DNA of 64,000 nt from Paraspadella gotoi. Taxonomy: Eukaryota; Animalia; Chaetognatha. The position numbers and the translations under genes were made by a program. Below the pieces are notes generated by a model. That model was not told the origin of the DNA. It made no database searches and saw only the letters and a program-made list of their open reading frames with translations. Of the stretch, positions 13,222-24,948 are shown in pieces. Positions within the stretch are counted from its first letter, which is position 1; every line of letters starts with the position of its first letter. The DNA lies in NCBI GenBank assembly GCA_051294375.1, contig CM119265.1:28022665-28086664 (forward strand), in the 5' to 3' direction.

Positions 13222-16200
13222 ATGGCATCCTCTCAGCCCGATGGCCCCCCGCAGGATGGGGTGGGTGGAACTAGTCCCGAGGAATTCGCCGACCAACTTG
13301 AATGCCTGCGACATACATTCCAAGGCCTGTTCAACAGGGCCCTCGAAACCGGGACTCAGGCAGATCGTACCTCCGCAAATAGCATGCGGGAGGCCCTGGG
13401 GGCTAAGAAAGAGGCAGCGATGCATCTCGCGGGCGAGTATAGACTTCGAAATAATCATCCGTTGTCATTAGCTATAGTCAGAGTAAGAGACTTCATGGAA
13501 GATAATCCTCAATTCCCTCTAACTTTCACGGGACTGGGAAACATGACAACCACAAATAACCCTGGATCCCGACCCGGATCCCGGGCCACTTCCCCATTTC
13601 TTCCTCTCCCCAACCCCACAAGTGGAACAGTGGGAAGAGGTGGGGGCCGTGGAAGCAGTGGGCGGGCAACGCCAACAGTGGGGGGGGCAGCGGCAAATCA
13701 AGAGGAAGAAGCTCCCATAGCTTCTCGTCTCAGGTCATCTGTGTCAGCCCCTCCGTTTCAGACTGCTTTCATGACCCCCCTCTTGAGCGAAGCAAATGGG
13801 CAATTGGAGAGAAATAGACCTACGGGCGAACAATTCACTGCTTTCAGGCCGATACGCCCTGATAATCTGTCTCAAAGAATTAACACGGCAACAACTACGG
13901 GATTGTGTGCAACCGTAGCCACTGCAACAGCGACATCAACAGTAGTCACCACAACGATTATTGATACAATACCGACAGCTTCGATAACATCAGCCTATCC
14001 CCCCACAAGCTCGACAGACGAAATTCGACGAGCAGTGGAAGGGGCGATGCAGCAGGTTGTGAATGAACAGGCGGCCAGAGTCAATCAAGCTGAGGAAGAA
14101 TATGAGAGAGAATTGGCAGCTCTTCGACAACGACATCAGCAACAATTAGAGGCTGCCGAACGACAAGCGGCTCGTCAGCGCCTCAGAGTGCGACATGAGT
14201 CTGAGGAGTTGAATCGCACACTCGATGCTCGGACACTCAACGACTACAACCCGACAATCCTGCCGGCGGTTTTTTCGGGGCATGTGCCAGTATCTACGGC
14301 ACCGCCCCCGATTACAGCTGGAGTTGGCGCGGGTGTCAATGCGCCTCGGTCGGGAAATCTCCTCGCAGATTTAGCGGCAGGATTGGCCGCCCGAACTCCA
14401 AGAGTAGTCCTTCCCACCGAAAACAGCCCGCCGGCAGCAGATATTACCTCATTGAGTGGACGATTATCAGCCATGGAGATTCACGCTCAGCGTCAAGCAG
14501 CAGCCCACGAAGCTGAGAGAGAACGGTGGAGGACCGATCGAGAGAATTGGCGGGCAGAAAGGGAGAGTTATGAGAGAAACTTTGAATCAAGGGTGGTGAG
14601 GATGGTGACCATGCTAACAGGTCAAGCAAGTGCAGGAAGCGCTCTTCCAGCACCTGCCCCTCCTCCGCCACCTCTACGTCATCCCCCCCCTCCAGGTCCG
14701 CTCTTGGGAGGTTTCACGTCTCGAACAGATGTGCCAGTTCACGAGAGATGTCCTCCACTAACAAGAGACCCAATATTTCAGATCCAACAAGATCAAATTG
14801 CGCAACTGACAGATCAACTCGGTCAACTTCAAAATCGTTTAGCTAATATTAGCATGGAGAGACACGGTGAGGGAGAAGCTCTGGAGGCGCACACGCCTCC
14901 ACCGACTAATCCCCCAGAATCCAGACAATTTGAGCGTTATTTACACTCTCAGTCTACGGAATCTACTATCCGTATGCTGAAGGACTTACGTCCTGAAGAA
15001 GTGTTCATGAGTGAAGATGCAAAGAACAAAGTAGTTTTTGAGATACACATGCGGCAATGGGAATCGGTAATGTCTCAACCTGGCGTCACCGATCAGATGC
15101 GCCACCAGGAGCTGCGACACTGGTTCGGAGGCTTAGCCAGACTGAAGCTTCAAAAATACTTCCATCGTACCGATTACGCCTCAGCCGTCGCAGAAGCAAT
15201 CTCCATGCTGCAACGTGAATTTGGCCGACCGGATGCCTCTCCCCACGAGATGCTCAAAGACTGCCTATCTGGGGGAAAGGCTACGGAAGCCACAGAGATT
15301 GATGAGACAATAACACGCCTTGAAAACATCATCGGCATTGCAGAGGCCAAAGGCCGGATGCGAGACCTCAACCGTGATACCGTTATCGCCGAGATTCTTG
15401 ACACTAAATTTCCACAATGGAAAGATAAATTTGCAGAGGGAAACTCGGAATCAGTCTTCAAAAACAACAGAAAACTGACGATACATGAATTTGTCGAATT
15501 TCTTAAGATTCGCCTTGTGGCTGTAAAATCTGTCTATTTCAAGAAAAAACGATCCACTTCAACCGCTGTAGCAGCGGTGGCTTCCTCCTTGAACCCACCA
15601 CCCCCGGAAATGAACGGTGGGGGCCCACCAGAAGCCACAGGAGAGAATAGGAATAATGAGTCCTTGGACTCCTTAGAGGGAACTGATCCCACACGTTCCG
15701 AACAAAGACGAAGGAAACGATCCAGAAGAAGAAAAAGCAAAGAAAGAATACCCGAAATACCGGCTACGGCTGCTCCGAGCGAAACAGGCTGCGCCTATGT
15801 GATGGCCCAACAACCCCTGTACCAGGCCCCTCAGCCACCACAGCAGCCGATTCATCAAACAACCACAGCCGTCCCATCCCAAACACCTCAAGCGCCAACG
15901 CTGAATCCCGGAGCACCGATGTACGCATCGACACCAAATCGGCCAGCGACACTGCATTGTCACTTTTGCGGTCAGGCTCATATGATTTGGGATTGTGCAG
16001 GATATCAAGCACTTGGCGTCCAGGCGAGAGCAGACCTGATCGCAGGTAGAAGATTGTGTTTTAAGTGTTTGGGCGGATCACATTTAGCTTCAAGATGTAG
16101 AATGGGTATACAATGTACAGTCTGTAGAGGCAATCACCATATCACTCTGCATGGCATGGCACCTGTGCGCAGACTGAACCCTTTGAATCAATCAGTTCAG

Positions 16201-16455
16201 TATCAGCCAGCCCAGAGTTACCCTCAAACGCTTAGTTATGCCACTCCTGTATTCGTTAATCCCTCTCCCCCCACCCTCGCTCCCTTCCCCACAACCCAAC
16301 CCCCGTACCAGGCACCCGGGATGGTGAGTGGAGTTACAGCATTGGCCAACAATGGAGCCCCAGATGCAAGTCAAATTACTCCGAAGATGACGGCGGCTAT
16401 GCCCTCGACGGTGACGACAACGCCCACCGTCCAAGCTGGAACTGCCTCTAGTTGA
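13222..16455 (+). CDS. gag: BEL/Pao Gag (~1077 aa)
   Basis: Long ORF from ATG 13222 with the triple knuckle CHFCGQAHMIWDC / CFKCLGGSHLASRC / CTVCRGNHHITLH near the C-terminus. The N-terminal half is low-complexity and coiled-coil-like. Confidence 0.92.
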   Translation: MASSQPDGPPQDGVGGTSPEEFADQLECLRHTFQGLFNRALETGTQADRTSANSMREALGAKKEAAMHLAGEYRLRNNHPLSLAIVRVRDFMEDNPQFPLTFTGLGNMTTTNNPGSRPGSRATSPFLPLPNPTSGTVGRGGGRGSSGRATPTVGGAAANQEEEAPIASRLRSSVSAPPFQTAFMTPLLSEANGQLERNRPTGEQFTAFRPIRPDNLSQRINTATTTGLCATVATATATSTVVTTTIIDTIPTASITSAYPPTSSTDEIRRAVEGAMQQVVNEQAARVNQAEEEYERELAALRQRHQQQLEAAERQAARQRLRVRHESEELNRTLDARTLNDYNPTILPAVFSGHVPVSTAPPPITAGVGAGVNAPRSGNLLADLAAGLAARTPRVVLPTENSPPAADITSLSGRLSAMEIHAQRQAAAHEAERERWRTDRENWRAERESYERNFESRVVRMVTMLTGQASAGSALPAPAPPPPPLRHPPPPGPLLGGFTSRTDVPVHERCPPLTRDPIFQIQQDQIAQLTDQLGQLQNRLANISMERHGEGEALEAHTPPPTNPPESRQFERYLHSQSTESTIRMLKDLRPEEVFMSEDAKNKVVFEIHMRQWESVMSQPGVTDQMRHQELRHWFGGLARLKLQKYFHRTDYASAVAEAISMLQREFGRPDASPHEMLKDCLSGGKATEATEIDETITRLENIIGIAEAKGRMRDLNRDTVIAEILDTKFPQWKDKFAEGNSESVFKNNRKLTIHEFVEFLKIRLVAVKSVYFKKKRSTSTAVAAVASSLNPPPPEMNGGGPPEATGENRNNESLDSLEGTDPTRSEQRRRKRSRRRKSKERIPEIPATAAPSETGCAYVMAQQPLYQAPQPPQQPIHQTTTAVPSQTPQAPTLNPGAPMYASTPNRPATLHCHFCGQAHMIWDCAGYQALGVQARADLIAGRRLCFKCLGGSHLASRCRMGIQCTVCRGNHHITLHGMAPVRRLNPLNQSVQYQPAQSYPQTLSYATPVFVNPSPPTLAPFPTTQPPYQAPGMVSGVTALANNGAPDASQITPKMTAAMPSTVTTTPTVQAGTASS

Positions 16456-19400
16456 CTAGCGGTTGCGTCCATCCCAGGCGAAGCGACATTTCGTCCAGTC
16501 GTGCCTGTCGTTGTCGAGATGGGTGGACGCAAAGCCACGACCTACGCCATGATCGACAGCGGTTGCAACCGCTGCGTCATCAAAGAAAAAATTGCAGATC
16601 AACTAGGGTTAGCTAGAATTGAAATTCCTATGAGAATTAGAACATTAGATAGTGATACTATAATCTCAAAAAACGTTGCAGACTTTAATTTCGAACCCCT
16701 CGACGGTAGCTTTTCCATCTCCGTTAAGAAAGCCATTGTGGGAAACCTGCTGACATCAGAAGACGACCTTCCCCCTTGCAACGCAGATGTGGCTGGAATA
16801 CCTCATCTAGAGGGGGTTTCGTTTCCTGATCTCCATGACAAGGAGGTCGGGATGCTCATCCCAGCGGGATACGCCTACACATGGACTGATGGAGAAGTAC
16901 GTCGAGGCCCTAAAGATCAACCTATAGCTATGGAAACAATGTTTGGTTGGACATTGATAGGCCCGCGTCGCGGGAAAGGCGGAGATGATATAAATTGTGC
17001 CCGTCTTACCGTCGAGGAAGACGAAAAAAGGATTCAAGAAGATATTCGCCTCCTTTTCCATCGAGATTTCGTCCCAGCTCCAAGCAGCAAGAAACTGCCA
17101 TCCGTGGAGGACGAGTTCGCGATGGAACAGTTGAAGGCAACAATAAGGTTTGACAATGAAGTTGGGCATTATTTTGTTGGCCTTCCCTGGGTTAGAGGCA
17201 GGGAGAAGGCAGCGAACGTTCTTAATGGTAGGGACTCGGGGACTATGGCATTAAACCGCCTCAGATCTCTCATGAGAAAACTTGAACGCCGTCCGGGGGA
17301 CAAAAAGAAGGTGGTCGACGAAATGAAGAAGTTTGTGGATGAAGGACATGCGCGTAAGGTTGAAGGAGACAACCTTCCCGAAAATACACCGTATTGGACT
17401 CTCCCGCTTCTTGTTGTCGTACGACCAGATAAAGACAAAGTACGCATCTGCCATGACGCCCGTGCGAGCGCCGGAGGCAAATGTTTAAACGACGAACTGT
17501 TGACTGGTCCAGATTATATGACCAATATGCTGGGAGTACTGCTTCGTTCCCGGCGTCATCAAGTCGCTCTCTCTGCGGACATCCGCGGTTTTTTCCATCA
17601 GGTGTTCGTAGATGAGAATGACGTACATGTATTTAGGTACTGGTGGTTTGAAGATGAAGCGTGCACTAAACTAGCACTGTTTGAACTCAGAGTGCACATA
17701 TTTGGGGCAAAGAGTTCCCCAGTGGTAGCAAACTCTGAAGACACATGCCGAGACGCTTCGGGGATTCATCCCGTTGGAGGTGGTGGAAGCCATCATTCAA
17801 CAGTTTTATGTTGATGACTTTTTTGGGTCTGCCCCAGACGAACAATCTGCGCGTGACCTCAAAGAAGGTTTGACGGAAGCTCTCCGACGAGGTGGCTTCG
17901 AGCTTACAAAGTGGAAATGTACGTCACCATCTGTGCTGGAAGACGAACCCAACAAGGCTACAAACTTAAAAAAGTCATTTACTGACGGCAACGATAATGA
18001 TACGAAAGACGAAAAACCTTACGACAAAGTGTTGGGAGTATGCTTCTCGTTCGGCAGTGACGAATTTTCATATAATGTAAATCTCGAAAAGGTCCAGAGA
18101 AGATGTCTCACAAAAAGACAGATCTTGTCGCTCACAGCAAGTCTGTACGATCCCTTGGGTATAGTATCGCCCTTTGTTCTCAAAGGGCGCAATTTATTTC
18201 AGCGCGCGAATGCAGCTTCAGTGGATTGGGACTCCCCTCTGCCAGACGAGATCATTAAGGAGTTCGACCTCTGGAGGGAGCAAATTCCCCAGCTAAAGGA
18301 ATTCCATATGAAGCGATGGATTGCGACGCCGGAGACTACAGATCATAAGGCTGAGTTGCATGTTTTTTCTGATGCTAGCCATGATGGATATGGTGTTGCT
18401 TGTTATCGACGTACGGTACCGCCTGAAGGAGGCGAATCTCATGTTGCTTTTTTGTTTTCAAGGTCGCGAGTTACACCCCTCGACTCATCAAAGGCATCTC
18501 ACCACAACTCCATCCCTCGACTGGAGCTGACGGCGGCGTGCCTGGCGGCGGAGATAAGATACATGATTCAAGAAGAATGCACCAACGATCGGTTTGAAAA
18601 AGTTGTTATGTGGACAGATTCAGAGACAGTCCTTAAACAGATATTTGACAAAAAGTCCAAATTTGCTGCCTTTTTTAAGAATCGCTTGTCTCGTATCAGG
18701 GAGCTAACCGACATCGGAGACTGGCGGTACATATCGACCCATGAAAATCCTGCAGACGATTGTAGTCGCGGCCTTCGTCTTGATGATCCAAAGTGGAAGA
18801 GATTTCACTTCGGCCCAGATTTCCTACGTCGTCCAGAGGAGGAGTGGCCGGAGCAAAAATTATCACCGTCATCTCTTTCATCCGAAGTTTTCGTGACCGA
18901 TGTCGACGACATCGAACCAGAGGAAAACCCAAAAAAGAAAAATACTAAGGATGAACATTGGGCATTACGCATTGCGCGGCAATGTTCCGACTCACGCCAA
19001 AAACTCTATTTGATTGCCGGAATGAAAAAATGTATTCTACACTGGATTGAATGGAGACGCGCGTTGAAGATAGATCCCAACGCACAACCAAAAAAACTAC
19101 AGTACACTACGCTCAAAGACACAAAAGACGCAGAAAAACTTTTGTGCCAAGCATTACAATTACGATATTTTGCGGACGAATACCGTCATCTCGAACAAAA
19201 AAACGTCCGATCCCCAGATGCGCGAGCGGAGCTAACGCTGACAAAATCTAAACTGCGGACGCTCAATCCCTTCCTGGATGAAGCGGGCATCATTCGAATC
19301 GGCGGAAGAATTGGAAAGGCACATTTGCCTTACGATACACGACACCCCATAGTACTACCAAAAAAAGATAGGATTGTGGATGACTACATCCGACATATCC

Positions 19401-20491
19401 ACAAAACTGAGGGTCACTCGGGTGTCGATCACGTTATGGCGCATATTCGACGCCGCTTCCACATACCCTCAGCCCGTCAAACCATAAAATCTGTTTTACG
19501 ACGATGTATAATTTGTCAAAAGAATTTCCGTGGTCCAGCGACGCAGAAGATGGGTGATCTTCCGGCCGAGAGACTCGATCGCGGCGCCCCCTTTGAGGCA
19601 ACCGGGGTCGATGTCTTTGGCCCCTTTAGAGTAGTTCACGGAGGACGAGGAAGCGCAAAAAGATGGGTCGTCATATTCACTTGCATGAAGATACGTGCCG
19701 TGCACCTGGAAGTTTTGCATGACCTCTCTTCCTCATCATTCATCAATGCCCTCATTCGTTTTAACTCGCGACGACCTGGTTCCAAAAAATTTTTCAGCGA
19801 CAATGGATCCAACTTTCGTGGAGCTGACGTCGAGTTGAGGGCGGCGGTGGAGAAATGGAAGAGCGAGCAGACGATCCGTTCAATGATCAATTACGGTATA
19901 GAATGGATTTTCTCCCCCCCTCTCGCCCCACACTGGGGCGGGGTGTGGGAGCGATTAATAAAATCTGCAAAAAAACATTTAACGGTTCTTTTGGGTAAAG
20001 AAAAATTAAGTGTAGAAATACTTGCAACGGCGCTTGCTTCCGTTGAAGGAATCATGAACCGACGCCCATTGACAAGAAGTCCAGATGACCCAAATAGTCT
20101 TGACGCGCTGACACCGATGGATTTACTTTTCCCGGGCGTACACGCACCAGCAAGGAGAATAATTGTTCCGCCAGAGTCGCTCGATGGCGACGCACTTTGT
20201 AGTTCTTGGAAGGAAGCGAGGCGGATCAGCGACGAATTCTGGGATAGGTGGACACAAGAGTACGTGGTTACTCTTCAAGAACGTCAAAAGTGGAACACCA
20301 CCCAAGAAAATCTTAAAGAAGGACAATTAGTACTAATGGTAGACGAACTCAAAGCTAGAGACCAGTGGAGACTGGCACGCGTGGTTGACGCCGGAAATGG
20401 AACGCATGTCAGACGCGTGACAGTGCGGACAGCAAGTGACAAAATCTTCGAGCGAGACCGCAATCGCCTGGTCCCTCTAGAATGTGACTAA
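16456..20491 (+). CDS. pol: BEL/Pao Pol (protease, RT, RNase H, integrase) with one frameshift near 17730
   Basis: Protease AMIDSG; RT LNDELLTGP, ADIRGFFHQV, FGAKSSP, FYVDD; RNase H LHVFSDAS, IPRLEL, WTDS, NPAD; integrase H..GH..CIIC, GVDVFGP, SDNGSNF, GGVWERL. ORFs 16501-17814 and 17774-20491 join via a frameshift at ~17729-17735. Confidence 0.95.
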
Positions 20492-20812
20492 GATTATTAT
20501 TAAGATTATTATTTATAAACATAACAAGTGACTGATGCTTACATCTGGTCACCAAGACGTTATTACGTTATTATGCTTACATAAAGACGTATAAAAATAA
20601 TCAAATTTTCTGTGTTCAGAAAACTTTTACTTTTATTTTGTCTTCCAATTTTTTTTTAGCATCATTTGTAAATTCTGTTCAAAAAAAAAAAATTTTTTTT
20701 TTACTTAGATTGATTTTCTTTCCTCTTTTTTACTTCTTTTATTTATCCAAAGCCAATTTATGTCTGTTTGCAGAGTTATTTCCTTTACGATAAATTAAAA
20801 ATTTCCTTGAAC

Positions 20813-22974
20813 ATGAGTCGACAAGCTCCATCAAACTACCGTCCTCATCAACTGAACCAGCCGGGCGCGACAACCACGATCGTTACGATTCACCCAATGG
20901 CAGTGGGTTCTGCGGCCGCTTGGGTCGCCTTTGGAAGACGGCGTTTCTTGGATCCAGTGTACGCTATCCTCGGCACTTTGTCGCCGCAGGAGTTTGAATC
21001 GCAGTTAGGGCCATGGGCGGACGCGGGAGATCTTACGGCGCATCTCCCACCAGAGGGCGCACTATCTGCGCTGTGGCGCCTAAGGAAAACGAGCGGCCGT
21101 TCCATCACCATAGCAGACAACGTTAGTTGGTACCCGGGATGCACAGTCTCAAGCGCCCCAGATTCCATTGTTGTAAATCTACAACAGTCTACCTTCGATA
21201 ACTTAGACGAAGCACGGCAGGCTTTGGCCTCAGCGATTTCTCAAGGACGCAATCCCTGCCCCGCCCGTCCTTCCTCCCTCCCTTCTCTTCCTCGTGCGCC
21301 AGTTCCTCCTCCCCCCTCCCGAGCAGCAGCCATCCTGCTGCAAGAGGAGGCAAGGGCGGAGGAGCGGGCGCAACCAGAGGTTGAGATAGTGGAACGCGTG
21401 GTCGAGGAGGCATCACCTCCTCGAGCACGAAGAAAGAAAAAAAGGAGCGAACGACGCCGTACGATTAACAACGAGAGAATGGTTATGCACGCGAGAATGA
21501 TGGAGGCAAAGAACGTAACCCCTGAAGCTGCTGCTGCTTCGGTTCCAGCCAAGTCTTCTCCAGCCGGAGTGCCCGCTGTAAGCAGCGGGCAATCGGCTCC
21601 TCTCCCGGTAATGGACGTAGATGAAGATCAGGAAAAGATGGACGAGAATGATCCCTTTGGTCTCGAACAAGTCAAGAACAGCTCGACGCTATCTGCAGAG
21701 CCAAATCCTGTTGGTTTTAGCAGCCTCTGCGAGATCTCATCGCTTGGGTCGTCGAAAACTTGGTTCGATCGAGTAATCGAAGAGGAAGAGGAAGATAGGA
21801 GAAATGAGAGAGCCAAGCGAGCCGCACGTCAAAACGCAGAGATAGAACAAGATTTGGCGGCCGGCATCTTGGGACGGGTGGCGATGCATTCGCCTCAAAA
21901 TACCTCTACACCTGTCCACAATATTACAACTCCTACAGAACCAGGACAAAGGAGGTTTCTAATGAAATCAAAAGAAATTAATTTTTTTATTACATTTATT
22001 ACGTTATGTTTAATCTCTTTTACTTTATCTTTTCCCTTGTTTTCTCTTTTTCTCTCTCTTCTTCTGTCCTCTTTTTCTTTTTTTTTTCTCCTCCCCCCCC
22101 TTGTGTTCCCCATATACCCAGGTGCGACGTTTTCGATCCAAATGACTCCAACCCGATCATCGATCTGGAGTCCCTGCCAGAGAAAATTTCCGAACGCAGA
22201 AAGAGGGATTTCGGTTCAAAATCCAGCATCGAATCTTCGTCCGAAACAATTAGGGCCGGGAAAACGGAGGAGGAAGAGGAGGGAAAGAACGATAATCATC
22301 CGGACCACCAGACGTGGGGCTTACCTCGGGAGGAGGCGAATGAGGCACGCCGCCAATACCGTCAAGCTCAAGATCAACTCATGTCTGACGGCCAGATGTC
22401 GGTGGAGAGGTCTCAAAGATGGCGTGAATATAAAGCATGGGACGATCGTGGTGGCACCTTCGTTCGACCAGCTCGCCCACCAAAGAAGAAACGTACAATA
22501 ACTTTAACATCCGCGACCAGACCGAGGGGATGCCCCTCTCTCAATCCCCGTAACTTCGAAATCGACCCTAATCCTCATGGCTTTCGTTGCCAAGACGTCA
22601 GAAAGGAATATCGCGAAACTGCCATCACGTTCATTGAGAAACCTTCGGGAGAGACGACGGCAATCCCTTCAAGATCACTTTTCACTACGACGATCAAATC
22701 TTCCACTTCAGTGACCCCGACGACATCTGTCTCAATTCTACCTACAGTTACCACACCAATAAACGCAACAAGGACCGACGAAACATGCGACGAAATCAGC
22801 TTTCCGGATCCTTCCTCTATTTCTTCCACGGATGAGTCATTTGCCTCGGCCTACGACATCCCCGAGGCTGAGGCGAATTCCCCTTCCATGCCCGAGCTGA
22901 CTCTCGCAGAGGAACGATCCATCCTTGGTGAAGATGAAATCAAAATCACAATGGACGACAACGACGATCTCTAA
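20813..22974 (+). CDS. ORF3 of the BEL element; predicted spliced 664-aa protein of unknown function (exons 20813-21954 and 22122-22974)
   Basis: Two GC-rich open frames are separated by an AT/pyrimidine-rich GT...AG segment (21955-22121). Removing it joins them in frame (...PGQR-R-CDVFDP...). Basic NLS-like motifs RARRKKKRSERRR and PPKKKR. Confidence 0.7.
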
Positions 22975-23800
22975 GGTGACGATGAATTCCCGCATCTCAG
23001 ACCCGCTGGGCTCAGCGGGCCAAACGCGACGCAAGCCTCGCCAGCGTCGACGTCTTGATCTACTGCTTTCAGCGCGATCGACTCGGCGCGATGATCTCCA
23101 AAACCGGAACTGTTTTAAGGAAACGAACTTGAAATCTGGACTATTATCAAATTTATTCATGTATTTATTCATTAACTTCAAAAGACGGTGAATTTTATTT
23201 AAATTTTAAAATGGCGTTAACCTTTAAAAATCATGTTCGTACATATATTTTTTTTTCTTTTTCTATTGAACCACCAAGTTACTCTTTACGCGTTTTCGAA
23301 TTATGTACGTGAATCATGGAATCAAGATTGATTTTTCTTTCTTTAATCAAGTTGGTAAAGCAACGTTTATATATTCTGTTTATTTACTCACGTAGTGGTC
23401 ACACACATCTATGTCTTATGCTTTCATAATGTTTTATAGTAGAAAGTTGACGCATTTTTTAGGACATTTATTCATTAGCGATGACGTTAACGTTGGGATA
23501 CATTTTCTAATCATATTAATTTTGTCACTATTTCTTGAAAGCAAGATAGATCTACCGTTTGTAGCCGGGTTTTATAAACACTAAGAATAAGAACTAAAAT
23601 ATTTTCGATTCTTCCAATTTTTTTCTTCATTTTATCATTTCCTCATTTTTTTCTTTCTTTTTTTTATTATTTCCCTCCACCCTGACTCTTCTCTTCTTTT
23701 TTCCTTATTTCTGCCTTTTTTCCTTCTTTTTCCCGTCCCGACATCCCCCCCCCAGCTCGGAGCGGTGAGCGTGTTTGCTCCAGCCCTCTGAAGGAGTGCT

Positions 23801-23812
23801 GGAGGGTGGGGG
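23801..23812 (+). promoter_or_regulatory. Polypurine tract
   Basis: GGAGGGTGGGGG immediately 5' of the TG of the 3' LTR. Confidence 0.85.
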
Positions 23813-24406
23813 TGTAGAGAGTATTGGCGTGGTTTATTCTCTTCATTTACATCATTTTCTTCATTTACCGTTTTCTGCATTTACTTGGGAGATTTTTCTC
23901 CACTTTCTTTCTCCTTTAGATATATTAGGCCCAGTAGATACTCATAGACTTTCTACCCGTCCACAAACGGCTTTTCACGAGAGAGACAGAGCCGTTACGT
24001 TACGTCAAGCACCTTTTGTCACCGTTTCAGAACAGTCATTTGATGGTCAGGACCCACAGGGAGACCACATGACTCGATGTCGAGATAGACTTGTGGACAC
24101 ACTTGTGGAGGCCGAGGCTCAGACTCTGACCCACTGCTACGGACTTATGGTCTCACCACCTGGAGACCACAGAGGGTCTTGGTGACCTTGTCGACCACGG
24201 CCCACGTCGCCCCATTAGGCGTCGACGGGCTCTTCTTCCCAAGACGGCGGCCGGCCGTAGGAGACGTCCGCGAGCAGATGTCGGCAGGGCCGCGCCCACT
24301 TCCGGCGAAGACGACGAGGGACGCGTACGTCAGTCTCTTTACGTTGGAGAAGACGGGGAGGAGGACGGAGGAGCCGACCCCACGTAGGGCTAAGACAGCC
24401 TTTACA
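23813..24406 (+). repeat. 3' LTR of the BEL/Pao element
   Basis: TGTAG...TTTACA, direct repeat of 12460-13055. Confidence 0.95.
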
Positions 24407-24914
24407 CCTTTCTTCCTCTATTTTTATTTCTCATTCACTATTCCGAGTCTCTTCTTCTCTTATCTCTATTTTCTCTTTCCTATACCAGAATCTACGGCTA
24501 CCTCTCTATTCCACTTTCTTCAAACTCGAAAACAAAAAGATGCAAATTTTGAAAACTTGAAGAGGAAAACAAACAAAAGAAAATGACTAAAGCGATGACG
24601 ATGACAAAAAGGATGATGAAAATAATGACGATGACAGTGACGACGACGACGACAGCGACGACGGTGATAGCGATGACGATGACAGAGACGACGATGACAG
24701 CGACGACGGTGATAGCGATGACGATGACAGCGACGACGATGACAGAGACGACGATGATAGCGATGACGATGACAGGAATGTGGAGGAAACACGAAATATC
24801 ACTGTTTTAAAAACGATGGGAAACTTAATGACATAAACGACAAAGATGATGACAATGATAATTCGAAAGACGGCGAGAAAAAAATATCGCAATGATGGCA
24901 ATAATGAAGTCTGA

Positions 24915-24948
<34 letters not shown>

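Larger units (their letters stand above)
12460..24406 (+). mobile_element. Full-length BEL/Pao (Semotivirus-type) LTR retrotransposon with an extra ORF
   Basis: Two ~595-bp direct repeats bounded by TGTA...TACA enclose gag (three BEL-type Cys/His knuckles), then PR-RT-RNaseH-IN in BEL order, and a polypurine tract. Flanks TCTTTC (12454-12459) and CCTTTC (24407-24412) form an imperfect 6-bp target-site duplication. Confidence 0.96.

Noticed and set aside
21955-22121. Transmembrane anchor suggesting ORF3 is env
   Set aside because: The hydrophobic stretch is the translation of a polypyrimidine intron whose removal restores the frame.
23775-24586. ORFs inside the LTR
   Set aside because: Frames differ between the LTR copies and show no recognisable motif.
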